Shown piece after piece: positions 38,418 to 49,539 of a stretch of DNA of 64,000 bases. A program made the translations under genes and the position numbers. Below the pieces are notes generated by a model. That model did no database searches and had not been told where the DNA came from. It was given only the letters and a program-made list of their open reading frames with translations. How positions within the stretch are numbered: position 1 is the first letter of the stretch; every line of letters starts with the position of its first letter. Source of the stretch: Barthelona sp. PCE (lineage: Eukaryota); contig JAUFOR010000008.1 of assembly GCA_040285745.1 (NCBI GenBank), positions 620,001 to 684,000 on the forward strand, written 5' to 3'.

Positions 38418-39840
38418 ATGAGTGATTACCAACAAGAACAGTACGTGGAACAGCCACGTGAACCCCAAAACGATCAGTATTATGATGAAGAAGAGGAAGC
38501 TGTTGAGAACTACTTTGAGAGCAACTTCGATGAGGAAGTTGAGTCATTCGAGGCTTTAGAGCTCGAAGACGATCTTTACAGAGGTATTGTCAACCATGGT
38601 TTCGAAGTGCCTTCTAAGATCCAGAAGCTCGCTATTCTCCCCATTATGGCCGGTATGTTTGCATTTAGTAATGGTCCTCGGTGATATAATCACAAGAAAT
38701 GAATAGTTTAAGTGTTGTTTAACATGGTATTTTTTTATTTGATTTTTTTCCACTGAGATGACTATTTAAGTACAACCACAAGTTGTATCTCCACAGTTGA
38801 CAATCTAATTTTTAGGTCTCGATGTTATTGCCCAAGCCCAATCTGGTACTGGAAAAACAGGTACCTTCTCCATTGCCGCTCTTGCTAATGTTGATCCCGA
38901 AATTCCCCACCCCCAGATCATCATTGTCTCCCCCGTACGTGAGCTCGCTGAACAGACCTACGGTGTCATCAAGTCTATTGGTGCCTACATGGATGTCGAA
39001 ATCGGTCTCGCTGTCGGTGGTTGTTCTCTCGATGAGACCCTCGCTGAGATGAGAAAGAACCCCAAGATCATTTGTTGTACTCCTGGTCGTCTTTTCTCTT
39101 TGATTGATCGTCGTTTCCTTAACACTGATCACGTTGCCACAATTATTGTTGATGAGGCTGATGAGATGCTTTCCCAAGGTTTCAGAGAGCAGATCTGGGC
39201 CATTTTCCACTCCCTCCCCAAGGAGATTCAGGTTGTTTTGGTTTCCGCCACTATGCCTCAAGAGATTCTTGAGCTCACTCAGCACTTTATGCGTGATCCC
39301 GCTCGTATTCTCGTCAAGAAGGATGAACTCACACTCGATGGTATCCGTCAGTTTTACGTCCGTTGTCAGTCCGATAACTGGAAGTTCCAGACTTTCTTAG
39401 ATCTGTATAAGAGGTTAAAGATTGATCAAGCCGTTGTTTTCTGTAACCGTAGAACTGAGGTTGAGAACCTCGCACACATGCTCGATAAGGAAGGTTTCCC
39501 CGTCATTGCTACACATGGTAAGGTCGAGGGTGATGAGCGCCGTCGCATTATGCGTGATTTCCGTGAGGGTCGCGCCCGTCTTTTGGTCACAACTGATCTT
39601 CTCTCCAGAGGTATCGATGTCCAGCACGTTTCTTTGGTCTTCAACTATGATCTCCCTGCAAAGAAGGAATCTTACATTCATCGTATTGGTCGTTCTGGTC
39701 GTTTCGGTCGTAAGGGTTTCGCTATTAACCTTACTGTTGAACGTGATGTCGATAAGCTCACTGAGTTGATGGATCACTACGATACCAACATTGAGACTCT
39801 TCCCAACAACATTGAGGATATCATCGCCGGTGCTGACTAA
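38418..39840 (+). CDS. EIF4A: Translation initiation factor eIF4A; join(38418..38652,38816..39840)
   Basis: Q motif GFEVPSKIQ, AQSGTGKT, PVRELA, TPGR, DEAD, SAT, KKDELTLDGIRQF, HRIGRSGRFGRKG. Confidence 0.95.
38653..38815 (+). other. Spliceosomal intron, 163 nt, phase 1
   Basis: GTATGT...TCTAATTTTTAG; removal gives LPIMAG-LDVIAQAQSGTGKT. Confidence 0.92.
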
Positions 39841-39934
39841 TTCTCGTGTCTTATTGTAGATTGAATAATAAAAACAACGCATTTTTAATTTTGCACCTTT
39901 TCATAACCCCTTCTCCTTTTTATTAAATTTTATT

Positions 39935-40759
39935 ATGCATAGTTTGAACGCAGACTACACATTAATCCAGATCGACAACGTCAATGATAGTTCAACTCCT
40001 TTACTGAAGAATGAACGTTTTATTCGCATAAAACATCACTATCTCTTTGTCTTTATCTTCCTGTTACTGGTTGGCTACATTGCATTCATTGCATTCACTG
40101 ATTTTGATCCTGTCAATAAGCGTATAGTTTTTTCTTTTGCGTTTAAGTGTTTTGTTCATTCTGTAATTGTTTTATTATTTTTGCCATGTCAGGTTGTGGC
40201 TTTAAAAACATACAACCGCCTGTCATTGACTGGTTACATTTCTTTGAGTGTTTATTTAACTAAATGTGTCAATATGTATAGTTACGTCCTTCATTTGATT
40301 ACATATATATTGTTCCTTATTGTTTTCATCGATGTGGGCCTCGGTGAAACATTTTCATTTCAATATCCGACTCTTTTAATGGTTTTGGGTATTGAAGCAG
40401 TTGTTTTTTTGATAATTTTAATTTCTCAGTTTAGGCACATCAAAAAGCATAATAAGAAGCCGCTCAGGAAGGATGTTGAGAGACTTGTTGATGAAACGCT
40501 TGATGCACGCATTGAGCATATTCTTCCCCAGCATGTTTTAGAACTCAAGAACCGCCTCGGTCTTTATGCTTCAAAGCTTCTTGTGTTTAAGCGTGAGGTT
40601 GATTCCCTAAAGAGACAACTCAATGTTACACGCGCTGAAGCAACGCAGGAAAATGAAGTCATCATTTCTGATCTACAGAAAGAAATTCGCAGCCTCCAGG
40701 CCAGGTGCGCCGTTTTGTCACGAACCGCACACAACATCAATGCCAGTAACGGGTCTTGA
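39935..40759 (+). CDS. TMEM192-like 4-TM protein with C-terminal coiled coil
   Basis: Four TM segments, IKKHNKKPLRKDV after TM4, coiled-coil tail. Confidence 0.5.
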   Translation: MHSLNADYTLIQIDNVNDSSTPLLKNERFIRIKHHYLFVFIFLLLVGYIAFIAFTDFDPVNKRIVFSFAFKCFVHSVIVLLFLPCQVVALKTYNRLSLTGYISLSVYLTKCVNMYSYVLHLITYILFLIVFIDVGLGETFSFQYPTLLMVLGIEAVVFLIILISQFRHIKKHNKKPLRKDVERLVDETLDARIEHILPQHVLELKNRLGLYASKLLVFKREVDSLKRQLNVTRAEATQENEVIISDLQKEIRSLQARCAVLSRTAHNINASNGS

Positions 40760-43603
40760 TTATGAAATGTTTCCTATACCAGTTCCGTGAACCTCAATCA
40801 CTTCACCAAGGTCGATAGAACGACCTCTGCTACGACGTCGCTTAAATTCATGGATACTCTTCGTCTGTTTGTTCATGTGCATGATCTGATCCAGAATATT
40901 GGACTCAAAAGGGTATGTTGTTAGATCAACTCTATAGTAAAGAACATTCTTGTTACCAATGCTAAGATTGAGAGGCCCTTCAAACAGACAACAACACTTA
41001 TGCATGTAATTCGGAAAGGGAATGTTGTTTGTAAACATCATTTCAATTGGGATATCAAAGCTGTCCAGTATTTCTGCAAATATATCAAGCCCATAAAGTT
41101 TGAAAATGTACCTCATTCGTGAGATACTGCTTATATACAATCTGTAAAAGATTTCGTCGATGAGGAATTCATAGCGGGGAAGAACTGGGTTCAGAAACAA
41201 GCGCTCAGCATTGGATACAAGACCTCCCACCATTTCAAAATTTGAACAATCAAAAAAGCCCACGGAACAAGACCCGCTGTTGAGGATTATTTGGAGCTCG
41301 CGCTCAATGGACGGAGGGTATTTCTCATCTCCTGCAACACGGTCAAACACAGAGAAGCCCAGCATCAGCAATTGGGAGCACACATCAAAGTTACATGCTG
41401 CGAGTAGGAATGATCGGGGATGCGGGGCTGATCCTGGTTTAAGATCGAACGATCTACGCATGCCAATCGCGCTGAACCTGTTGCTTCCGAAACGCACATA
41501 AGAAATAGCTGGTAGACTGCTACATTTCAGTTTGAACGCATCGTGGATTCCACATAAGTAATTATATCTTTCGACAATCGGCTCCTCGTAAAACTCTTGA
41601 ACGGGAGACATGCGGCCGCTGAGCCCAATCACGAAAGGGAAGTGAATGAATGGATACAGGGCATCGCCCAAAAAATCCATTAGTGTGTCGTTAGCTATAT
41701 TGTTAGAAAACGTCTCGAAGCGATGTAATGTTCCAGAAATGCGCAATATCACTGCTTCATGTTCAATATATCTCTTCACAGCGATGAATGCGGCAGGAAA
41801 CAGTGTGATACATACAGAATTCAGATAAGGTTCCATGTACATTACTGTACAGTACAATACCAACTGAATACAGTGGAGTGTGGGTGATAACATGCTTGGG
41901 ATCCTGTAAACTATGAAAAACACACATACGCCGAAAATTTCAGAATAGTGATTAGAAACGTCAAATCTGTAAAATGACACAACACTGCACATAGTTACTA
42001 CAGTACTTATCAACACTTTCCACATCAAAACGTGCTCCAGGGTCTGACAGTTTCTCAAGAACATAACGAAAATAGCAAAAACCAAAAACAGTGGAACTAA
42101 CAACAAATTCCAGATTCTCCAGTTGCTTAAAAGCATAACAAAGAACAGAGCAGTTAGGCAACAGATGTCAAACAAGACATTCCAGGTGAACATAGTTATG
42201 TAAGGGTAGAGCAGTGACTTGAATTCGAAATTGATCGTTGCTGGGCTCCGGAAGTAGAATGATTCGCTTTGGAAAAGCGGCTGCTTCGGAATGAGCGACT
42301 CCCTGCCGCCAAACACATGCCCTATGGTTGTCTTATTGTTGCCAAGCGAATTCTTTAGCACTGATTTCCTTCTCTTCGAAAAGTAATTTTTCTGAAAGCT
42401 CAAGAACTCCTGTTCGTCCTCCCTCAAGAATCCCAGGAACTCAAGAACTCCAAATTTTGTAACATGCACGTCAATATAAGAGAGTAGACTCGGCGTTACA
42501 TAACAACCACGGTACTCTCTCTCAACGATGTAAGAGAAGCAGTCTTGCCCAGCAAACTCTTCGTTGCTTGCAAATGTTGAACAGTACTTACTGATATGGA
42601 GATCGAGGCATGTGAACATGGGCGATGATTTCTTCGAACAGATGGATGTATCTGCACTTGTTAAGAGCATACGACAATCGAACTTGCTGAAGGGAAACAG
42701 CTTCTTGAGGTGAGGGACAGAAGCCTGGACCTCAGCAGCTATATGCTCAAGATTTCTTAAAACCTGTCTTGGATCTAAGCTGCTGTCTTTGAAAAAAATG
42801 GAAGTTTTAGAGTCTATTGCTGTTTGTAATGTGGTGGAAGGAAGTACAATGGCCATATTATGTCCGCGGAACCAGCAGCAGTTATTCTTTGTCACAGATG
42901 CATCTAGGTGCAGATAAAATTCACTTACTAAGATAGAAAAAGGTGGTACGGCACTAGAAGGGTACTCATGGGAGCTGGGTACCTGGTGAAAGGTTGTCTC
43001 AGAATATGGGAAGTACGGAGAGAACAAAATACACAGGACAGGCCATTCTTTGAGCGAAACCACCTCGATATTCCCTTTATCTTCTCTGTTTACGAGCCCA
43101 TGGACGAAATGAAACGGTGAGAAGCGGCTTAGAATGATATATATCTCTTTTTGGATGGATCTCTCAAGGGAATGCATATGTTGCATAATTTCTTTGAATT
43201 TCCCAGCAAATTCGTACGCTTGCATACGGACATACGATAAAACCAGGGTAAACATTGCTTGTCCCAATGTATAATCGTCAAAAAATAGGAAAAAAGTGCA
43301 ATTAAGAACTAAAGCAATTCCAAACAATAATTCATTCACAACTACGGTGGTACTTTGCTGTATGGAGTAGCCAATGTGAAACAACCAAAAGTACTGGAAA
43401 TATTGCTTCTTCTCAAAAAATGCAATACTGACTGCTAATGCAATTGATAGAGGATATAAGACAAATCCATATGGAAATGCTGCCATAGTACGTATGATAA
43501 GACGAATAGAAAAAAATCTTAACGTATGTAACGTATCATAAAAAATTGCAAAAATGTCCCAAAACAACAGTAAAAAGGTAATTAAGTCCCAGATACGCGG
43601 CAT
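40760..43603 (-). CDS. Multi-pass protein with degenerate class III nucleotide cyclase-like domain(s)
   Basis: TM cluster-soluble-TM cluster-soluble layout; C-terminal LQIILNSGSCSVG...FEMVGGLVSNAERL...FLIDE follows the cyclase pattern. Confidence 0.5.
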   Translation of the reverse strand: MPRIWDLITFLLLFWDIFAIFYDTLHTLRFFSIRLIIRTMAAFPYGFVLYPLSIALAVSIAFFEKKQYFQYFWLFHIGYSIQQSTTVVVNELLFGIALVLNCTFFLFFDDYTLGQAMFTLVLSYVRMQAYEFAGKFKEIMQHMHSLERSIQKEIYIILSRFSPFHFVHGLVNREDKGNIEVVSLKEWPVLCILFSPYFPYSETTFHQVPSSHEYPSSAVPPFSILVSEFYLHLDASVTKNNCCWFRGHNMAIVLPSTTLQTAIDSKTSIFFKDSSLDPRQVLRNLEHIAAEVQASVPHLKKLFPFSKFDCRMLLTSADTSICSKKSSPMFTCLDLHISKYCSTFASNEEFAGQDCFSYIVEREYRGCYVTPSLLSYIDVHVTKFGVLEFLGFLREDEQEFLSFQKNYFSKRRKSVLKNSLGNNKTTIGHVFGGRESLIPKQPLFQSESFYFRSPATINFEFKSLLYPYITMFTWNVLFDICCLTALFFVMLLSNWRIWNLLLVPLFLVFAIFVMFLRNCQTLEHVLMWKVLISTVVTMCSVVSFYRFDVSNHYSEIFGVCVFFIVYRIPSMLSPTLHCIQLVLYCTVMYMEPYLNSVCITLFPAAFIAVKRYIEHEAVILRISGTLHRFETFSNNIANDTLMDFLGDALYPFIHFPFVIGLSGRMSPVQEFYEEPIVERYNYLCGIHDAFKLKCSSLPAISYVRFGSNRFSAIGMRRSFDLKPGSAPHPRSFLLAACNFDVCSQLLMLGFSVFDRVAGDEKYPPSIERELQIILNSGSCSVGFFDCSNFEMVGGLVSNAERLFLNPVLPRYEFLIDEIFYRLYISSISRMRYIFKLYGLDIFAEILDSFDIPIEMMFTNNIPFPNYMHKCCCLFEGPLNLSIGNKNVLYYRVDLTTYPFESNILDQIMHMNKQTKSIHEFKRRRSRGRSIDLGEVIEVHGTGIGNIS

Positions 43604-43676
43604 TTTATGCAAACTATTAAACAGTAAAGGTGAAAGAGGTGAAAAGTTTGTTTACAGAATTTTATCCCTTCTCATC

Positions 43677-44408
43677 ATGTCTTTTGTACTTGATTTATTT
43701 GAGACAGCACCAGTTTCCGGGGAGAAAACAGAGAAACCAACCATAAAAGAGCATGTGGAAGCTCCAATACAAGGGAAAGTGGAGGTTGAATTAGAAAGAC
43801 GACCGAAGGAAGAGAGTCCCGTTGTCAAAAGGCAAATACAATTAAAAGAACAGCCAAAAAAGGAGGAAGTTATTGTTGAGATGAGAATGGAAGATTTGGT
43901 TGATGATAAGTCAGCAAATGCACCTAAAACAGGAACAGTTGCAGATTTAGAAATCGTGGAAGCACCTATAGAGATTGTATTACCTAACAAGAGTATTGTC
44001 TCAAATATATCTTTTATTTTTCAGGAGTTGACAGGTTTACTGATCGCACCGCTACTTCAGAACCTGTCAGTCTCCCCTCCACAACCGGCTAACATCACAA
44101 CATGGGCACAGGCCCATCAGAACCCCGACAACAGAAGTGTTATTGAGAGCGAGATTAATGAACACGTTAGGAAGATCGTTGCGTATAATGGAAAGCTCGA
44201 GGAGCTGCTCACTGAAGCAGAGTACCTTTTGGAATACCGAAACCCAATGACGAATCATACTGGCGACTACATTAACGATATATCACAAATGAAGGAGGAG
44301 CTAATTGATTTACTGGAACGCTCAAGGCAGAAGCAGCAGGTTTTGATTGAGAACTATCAGTTGGATATCTTAAATGAGGTCCTTGATCATAATTCCAATC
44401 AAAACTAA
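43677..44408 (+). CDS. Hypothetical protein with C-terminal coiled coil
   Basis: ORF from ATG 43677, preceded by CCCTT; this start avoids overlap with the divergent gene. Confidence 0.65.
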   Translation: MSFVLDLFETAPVSGEKTEKPTIKEHVEAPIQGKVEVELERRPKEESPVVKRQIQLKEQPKKEEVIVEMRMEDLVDDKSANAPKTGTVADLEIVEAPIEIVLPNKSIVSNISFIFQELTGLLIAPLLQNLSVSPPQPANITTWAQAHQNPDNRSVIESEINEHVRKIVAYNGKLEELLTEAEYLLEYRNPMTNHTGDYINDISQMKEELIDLLERSRQKQQVLIENYQLDILNEVLDHNSNQN

Positions 44409-44414
44409 TCGATT

Positions 44415-45014
44415 TTAACTAAACATTTGTTCTTCTAGAACATCCTCAACATATGCACTGGGTGTGAAATGGCACTGAGAGTCAGAAGGCACGTGGAACA
44501 GTGTGTATTCCGGAGTGATGTCAAGTTTTCTGTTGAAATAGGTAGTATCTACGTTCTTGTTAATGATGCGGACGAGTTCACTGGTGGAATGGTCGATATA
44601 CATCAAGTTAACTTTCTCTCTCTGGTAAATATCAACGTAGGTGCCATTGTATTTTGTTGATTGAATCAGATCTCCGACTTCAAGCTGAATACGGTGGAAT
44701 GTGCTGTTGTAGATTCCCCACGTACACGTGAGGTAGTTCTGGGGTCCTTCAACAATCTTATAATAACGTTGGAGATCGCTTCGAATTACACGACGAAGAG
44801 TATAGTTGTTTCCCAAAGGATTTAATAGAACTTTCTTGCCCTCGTTGAAGTCGTATCCAATAAAACCTTCGAAAGTCTTGTTAATATGGTAGTTAAACCC
44901 TGTAATATTGGCTTTGAATGTTTTAGGAAGTGTAACAACTACGTTCGCAGGTGTCCTTGCGTGTACAACACTAATAATGCAAAAAACAGCCACAATAAAG
45001 AGAAAACGATGCAT
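44415..45014 (-). CDS. Ependymin-related (EPDR-like) secreted/lysosomal protein
   Basis: Signal peptide, LPKTFKA, GYDF, YYKI...C, YFN...LFHVPSDSQC; several N-glycosylation sequons. Confidence 0.5.
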   Translation of the reverse strand: MHRFLFIVAVFCIISVVHARTPANVVVTLPKTFKANITGFNYHINKTFEGFIGYDFNEGKKVLLNPLGNNYTLRRVIRSDLQRYYKIVEGPQNYLTCTWGIYNSTFHRIQLEVGDLIQSTKYNGTYVDIYQREKVNLMYIDHSTSELVRIINKNVDTTYFNRKLDITPEYTLFHVPSDSQCHFTPSAYVEDVLEEQMFS

Positions 45015-45196
45015 GATAAAGTAGTATTTGCAAAAAACACTTTGTGATGCATTTTTCATTTACAATGTTCGACTTTGACATACTAATACAGATGCTTAGT
45101 GAGTATGGTGAGAAAAAAATTTTGGTAAAGAAGGTTCACGGCGTTATTCTATTTATATTTCTTTTCTCTCTTTCTTTTTTACTTTTATTAAGACAA

Positions 45197-45853
45197 ATGA
45201 GACGATTTTTCGGATCCAAGAAGACAAAGAAGGCTACAACCCCTGGAGAGATCCCAGATCTTAGTAAGCTTTCTGGTTCTTTGAGTACAAGAGCGGAAGA
45301 TCTCGAACGAAAGATCGCACAGGCCCATCAACAAGCGCTCGACTCAATGAGAAAGGCTAAGTCCTCTCGAGGAGGAACATCCCAAACTCATCGTTCAGCC
45401 GCCTCCAGACACATGAAACGCAAAAAAGCTCTAGAACAGCAGCTTAAGATGATCTACAACAACGTGATGAGCGTTGAGAATGTGGCATACGCAACTGAGA
45501 ACGTAAGAACCACGATCGAAACTGTACAGATGCTTCAGGAAACAGCAAACGTTCTTAAATCCACCGTAAAGACGTTTGACATCGATGATATCATCGAGAA
45601 ACAAGAGGAGATGGCCGATTGCATGGCTGATATTAGCGAAATGAACGAGTACATGAACATGAATTTTGAGATGGACTTTGGTGCTAATGACTATGATGTT
45701 GATGAGGAGCTCAACGCTCTTGAAGCCGAAATGCTGGACGACGACCTGAGCGGACTGTCGGCAATTGAGCCTGGTGCTTCATCTACTTCATATCTTGAAC
45801 CTGAGAAACCCGCTCAAGGTCAAACATCAATGGCTTATTATGGTCTCGAGTAA
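45197..45853 (+). CDS. CHMP5: ESCRT-III Snf7-family protein, CHMP5/Vps60-like
   Basis: MRRFFGSKK, MKRKKALEQQL, FDIDDI, DVDEELNALE; ATG at 45197. Confidence 0.8.
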   Translation: MRRFFGSKKTKKATTPGEIPDLSKLSGSLSTRAEDLERKIAQAHQQALDSMRKAKSSRGGTSQTHRSAASRHMKRKKALEQQLKMIYNNVMSVENVAYATENVRTTIETVQMLQETANVLKSTVKTFDIDDIIEKQEEMADCMADISEMNEYMNMNFEMDFGANDYDVDEELNALEAEMLDDDLSGLSAIEPGASSTSYLEPEKPAQGQTSMAYYGLE

Positions 45854-45883
45854 TGTTTATTGTCTATATTGTAAATAGTGTCA

Positions 45884-46822
45884 TTAATACCTTTGTGTCT
45901 GCTCATAAAATATCATATACGGAGTCATACAATCATCTTTGAAACTCATTGGTCCCTGTCTTAGTAAATATGAGTCAATACCATGTGCAATATGGACGCA
46001 CTTGTCGTCGTCAAAAAGATACCATTGCTCATCTCTTAACGCAAAACATACATAATGTCCAAAACATGGAGTTCCAATATGTGCAATTACAGCTAGGAGT
46101 TTATATCTGTGGCTATGAAGGTTAAGGTTCGATGGTATGTGCACGTATGCTGATATCTTTCGTGTTCCGTTCTCATATGTAAATCGCTTGAGTGTGATAA
46201 CAAAAATAGCTGGTAGGGTTACGAAACTGGAACTGACAACAAGCTTTCCATCGGTTTCACAGTCCTCACAATGGATATCAGACTCTGTCCGGGCAATGTG
46301 AGCTGAAAGAAGTTGGTTGAGTGATGTGACCTCACATACATCGAGTGCAAGCGAGCAAAAATCTTCTGTGTTGTAGCTGATTCCACTGTGACATGTATAC
46401 TCATATCTGTGCTCGATGCTGCCCGAGAACAGAAGCTTGAGCTCCTGCGCAGAACTGTGAAATTCTTCAAGTATGCGTAGAAGGGCCTCGTGGATATCTT
46501 GGTGAATGTGATACGAGGAAAACAGCGAGATACCATGCTGTGTCATGGTGATAGGCGTGTAAACTGTGAATTTCTGTTGTTTTTGCCACTTTAATATAAA
46601 GGCGATAAGTGCAAGTGTGAATGATGGCAGGTCTTCTTCCTTATTGATAAGAGATGCTATTTTGTGATCAGTCACCGCAAAATAGAAGTTCTGCGATGAC
46701 GCAAATGCTTGGATGAGACTATTCAAGTAACAATTGCTACTAATATTCGTAAGTCCAAAGCAAACATCATTCTGATGCTCTTTTGACGTTATGGGGAGGC
46801 AAAGAGACGATGTAATCCCCAT
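45884..46822 (-). CDS. Ubiquitin-specific protease (C19)
   Basis: Cys box GLTNISSNCYLNSLIQ, HQDIHE, LKRF, His box HIG...GHYV...WYLFDD. Confidence 0.9.
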   Translation of the reverse strand: MGITSSLCLPITSKEHQNDVCFGLTNISSNCYLNSLIQAFASSQNFYFAVTDHKIASLINKEEDLPSFTLALIAFILKWQKQQKFTVYTPITMTQHGISLFSSYHIHQDIHEALLRILEEFHSSAQELKLLFSGSIEHRYEYTCHSGISYNTEDFCSLALDVCEVTSLNQLLSAHIARTESDIHCEDCETDGKLVVSSSFVTLPAIFVITLKRFTYENGTRKISAYVHIPSNLNLHSHRYKLLAVIAHIGTPCFGHYVCFALRDEQWYLFDDDKCVHIAHGIDSYLLRQGPMSFKDDCMTPYMIFYEQTQRY

Positions 46823-47154
46823 TTGATGATTGTAAAGATAAAAAGGGAAGCAGTTACAAGGGTTGGTAATCGCAACTCACCTATTGTGCTTGCGTTTCAA
46901 TACTTTAGGAACTATGAAATGGTGATAAACTATTCATAGGGGCTCTGAACCACATGAAAAACAATAAGAAAAAGCCCTATACATGAAGAAAATCTCACAA
47001 CCTAAATTAGGATGTAAAGCCTTCATCTTAGTTAAAAAAAGACATTTAGTGAAATGTTAGCGTTTGTATACCTGTTTAAAAGTAGATATTCGGACTTTGA
47101 CTTAGATTAGCTTTTATATCTCAATAGTTAAATTTCTGTTTTTGTTTGTCAGTT

Positions 47155-48792
47155 ATGAAGTTCCAAATACTTACATTTGTGCTTTTAACTCTGTTTTTAG
47201 GTACTCAGAGTATTCTAGTTCCTAAATCGATCACCACTGGACTTTGCAATGCTACACACGGGAGCAATGCTTTTAAGAATGTAGAGTTTGCATCATATAT
47301 TTCAGGAACAGACTTAATTTTCCAGCGATTCAACACAACAACCTGCACATATGACACTGTCCATACTGAAACAGGTTTTGGTGCCTCAGGCCAGCATTGC
47401 ATGCTTGAGCTCAAGGATCAGACGACTGGGGATTATCACATCATTTGGGCAACGAACAAAGAGAATCGTGTGTACACTACTGCAAGTGGATCATCGTACT
47501 TTGAACTTGTGGGTGTTTCAGGCTTCTCATTATGTGAGACCAACAGGTACAAGTCCCGTGCATCACTTGGTGCATTTGTTATCTGGGTTGACGATGGTGA
47601 TTGGAAGTATCAGTTAAACACTCACTTTGGTGCGTTTATTCCTTTCCATCTAACCCCGAACACAACAGACCCCAGCGTCACCGCAGTATCAGCAGGTCTT
47701 CCACCGCACGATTACGAAGTGACGGTGAAATGGAGCAACGGATCACAAACGATCTTGCCCGATTCAACTTCAGTTCTGCCGGCAAACGATTTTAGTTGGA
47801 CGCAGTGTTTTGACTTTGACACAAACACGTCAATGTGTGCGTTTCTTGGCGCTCAGTTGGCGGATTCCACCATTGTTGATGAGTGGAATATTACCCTCTC
47901 CTTCTTCGATCGCTCATCAGGTGATGTAGAGATCACCCGTGTCGCGCACATGCTCATCGACGAAAATGACAACCAGATGAACGGTGCAAATTACGCATCT
48001 TACTTCTCCATTGTCCCAGGTCTCAACAATGAACCTGTTATCTTGTTCCCTTCCAGCGAGAGCGACAGCAACTTCATAATGTGCCACATTCCAAGCGACA
48101 GAGACCTGTTTAATACATCAGATTCCGATCTATGCGGTCGTTTCACGTTTGCCAATGATTTTTACAAATATTACAATATGCGTTATGATTTGGATCGTCA
48201 CGTGTTCATGTTCACCGACGTGAGTGGTGGAATCACAAATTATGCACTTGATATAGACTTCACATCCATTGACAATTATAATCTTACATGCCCCAACGGT
48301 GAGGTGCGTAACACGACTACCTACGAGTGCTTCGATTGCAGTAGCATCCCCACAAACGGTACAGGTGGCGTTGTCGATGGATTTTGTGGTTGTGATGATG
48401 GTTACCACTTTTTTGAACAGGCTTGTCATATTTGTCCTGCAAACACTTATATTAATGCCACTCACGGTAACAGTACTGAAGCGTGCGTTCCGTGTCAATC
48501 AGGTTACAGTCTGGCTGGCAGTGATAACTGCACAGTTTGCAATTCTGATAAGGTATGGAACAGTGCCACTGGGTTATGCGACGACAAACCAGATGAAGAA
48601 AATGATCCTCCAGTTCCGCTGTGGGTCATTATCGTTGTTATCGTTGTTATTATTGTCAGTGTCATCTTGTTCTGTTTGTTATGTTGTGGATCAAAAAGAA
48701 AGACCCGTTCTTCACCTTCAACTGCTGTGTTACCCACCCACCGCGATCACCCATCAGCGTCTCTTCAGGTAACCAGTCTTCATGATAGCTAA
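47155..48792 (+). CDS. Type I membrane surface protein with Cys-rich (GCC2/GCC3-like) juxtamembrane repeats
   Basis: Signal peptide, CHICPANTY, CVPCQSGYS..GSDNC, TM followed by CC and a basic stretch. Confidence 0.75.
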   Translation: MKFQILTFVLLTLFLGTQSILVPKSITTGLCNATHGSNAFKNVEFASYISGTDLIFQRFNTTTCTYDTVHTETGFGASGQHCMLELKDQTTGDYHIIWATNKENRVYTTASGSSYFELVGVSGFSLCETNRYKSRASLGAFVIWVDDGDWKYQLNTHFGAFIPFHLTPNTTDPSVTAVSAGLPPHDYEVTVKWSNGSQTILPDSTSVLPANDFSWTQCFDFDTNTSMCAFLGAQLADSTIVDEWNITLSFFDRSSGDVEITRVAHMLIDENDNQMNGANYASYFSIVPGLNNEPVILFPSSESDSNFIMCHIPSDRDLFNTSDSDLCGRFTFANDFYKYYNMRYDLDRHVFMFTDVSGGITNYALDIDFTSIDNYNLTCPNGEVRNTTTYECFDCSSIPTNGTGGVVDGFCGCDDGYHFFEQACHICPANTYINATHGNSTEACVPCQSGYSLAGSDNCTVCNSDKVWNSATGLCDDKPDEENDPPVPLWVIIVVIVVIIVSVILFCLLCCGSKRKTRSSPSTAVLPTHRDHPSASLQVTSLHDS

Positions 48793-48956
48793 TTGACTTT
48801 GTAAAAAGTTTTTCGTTTTCTTTAATGTTATATGGTACTTTCTGCTTGAAAGTGAGGATAGAATGCCTTCATTCAGTATTTTGACAAAATTAAAGAAGCT
48901 TGTGAATTTCAGTACAAAGATAGCCAAAATTGCTTTTGCATTTCCCCTCCTTAACC

Positions 48957-49469
48957 ATGAATATGTTTCTTGGGCAAATCGATACTATCGAAGAGGAAGG
49001 TGAGGGTATCGTTCCGAAGAACCCAAACATCTCAAAAATTCAAAAAAAAGTAACAACACAATCTGGGTCGTTGCATTCAAAGAAGAAGGGTCGTACTCGT
49101 ACTTTGTATAGAGAGACGGATCCATATGACCCAGAACCTCTTTTGTTTCGCGAGAGAGAACCACACAAAGAGATTGCTGAGTGGAACTATTCCACTACAA
49201 TTTTACCAACTATCATGAACATTTCGCCCCCCAAGAGACCCCTGTACAGTGGACCGGTGACAGATGATGTTCTTATGAGGAAAAGACAACCATCTAGAGA
49301 GCTTGGAAGAAAAAAGACACGATTCCCAACTCGTTATGAAGAAATTGCAGAAAAATTAGAGAAGGAACGCTATGGACGTGACCCCAGCGGCACTCCGTTA
49401 TCACAGCATCGATTTCGTGATGTTTATAAGCCTAGATCATGTCGAAGAAGAAAACCTTTTGTTTGTTAA
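48957..49469 (+). CDS. Hypothetical basic protein
   Basis: 170-aa ORF from ATG 48957. Confidence 0.6.
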   Translation: MNMFLGQIDTIEEEGEGIVPKNPNISKIQKKVTTQSGSLHSKKKGRTRTLYRETDPYDPEPLLFREREPHKEIAEWNYSTTILPTIMNISPPKRPLYSGPVTDDVLMRKRQPSRELGRKKTRFPTRYEEIAEKLEKERYGRDPSGTPLSQHRFRDVYKPRSCRRRKPFVC

Positions 49470-49539
49470 TTATTTTCTTTCTTTTTCTTCGACTTTTATA
49501 CAGTATGCTTGCATTTATCCAACAACATTAATATTGTAT

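Noticed and set aside
43554-43612. Apparent head-to-head CDS overlap in the ORF track
   Set aside because: Disappears when ATG starts 43603 (-) and 43677 (+) are used; TTG/GTG starts in the track are not expected for a eukaryote.
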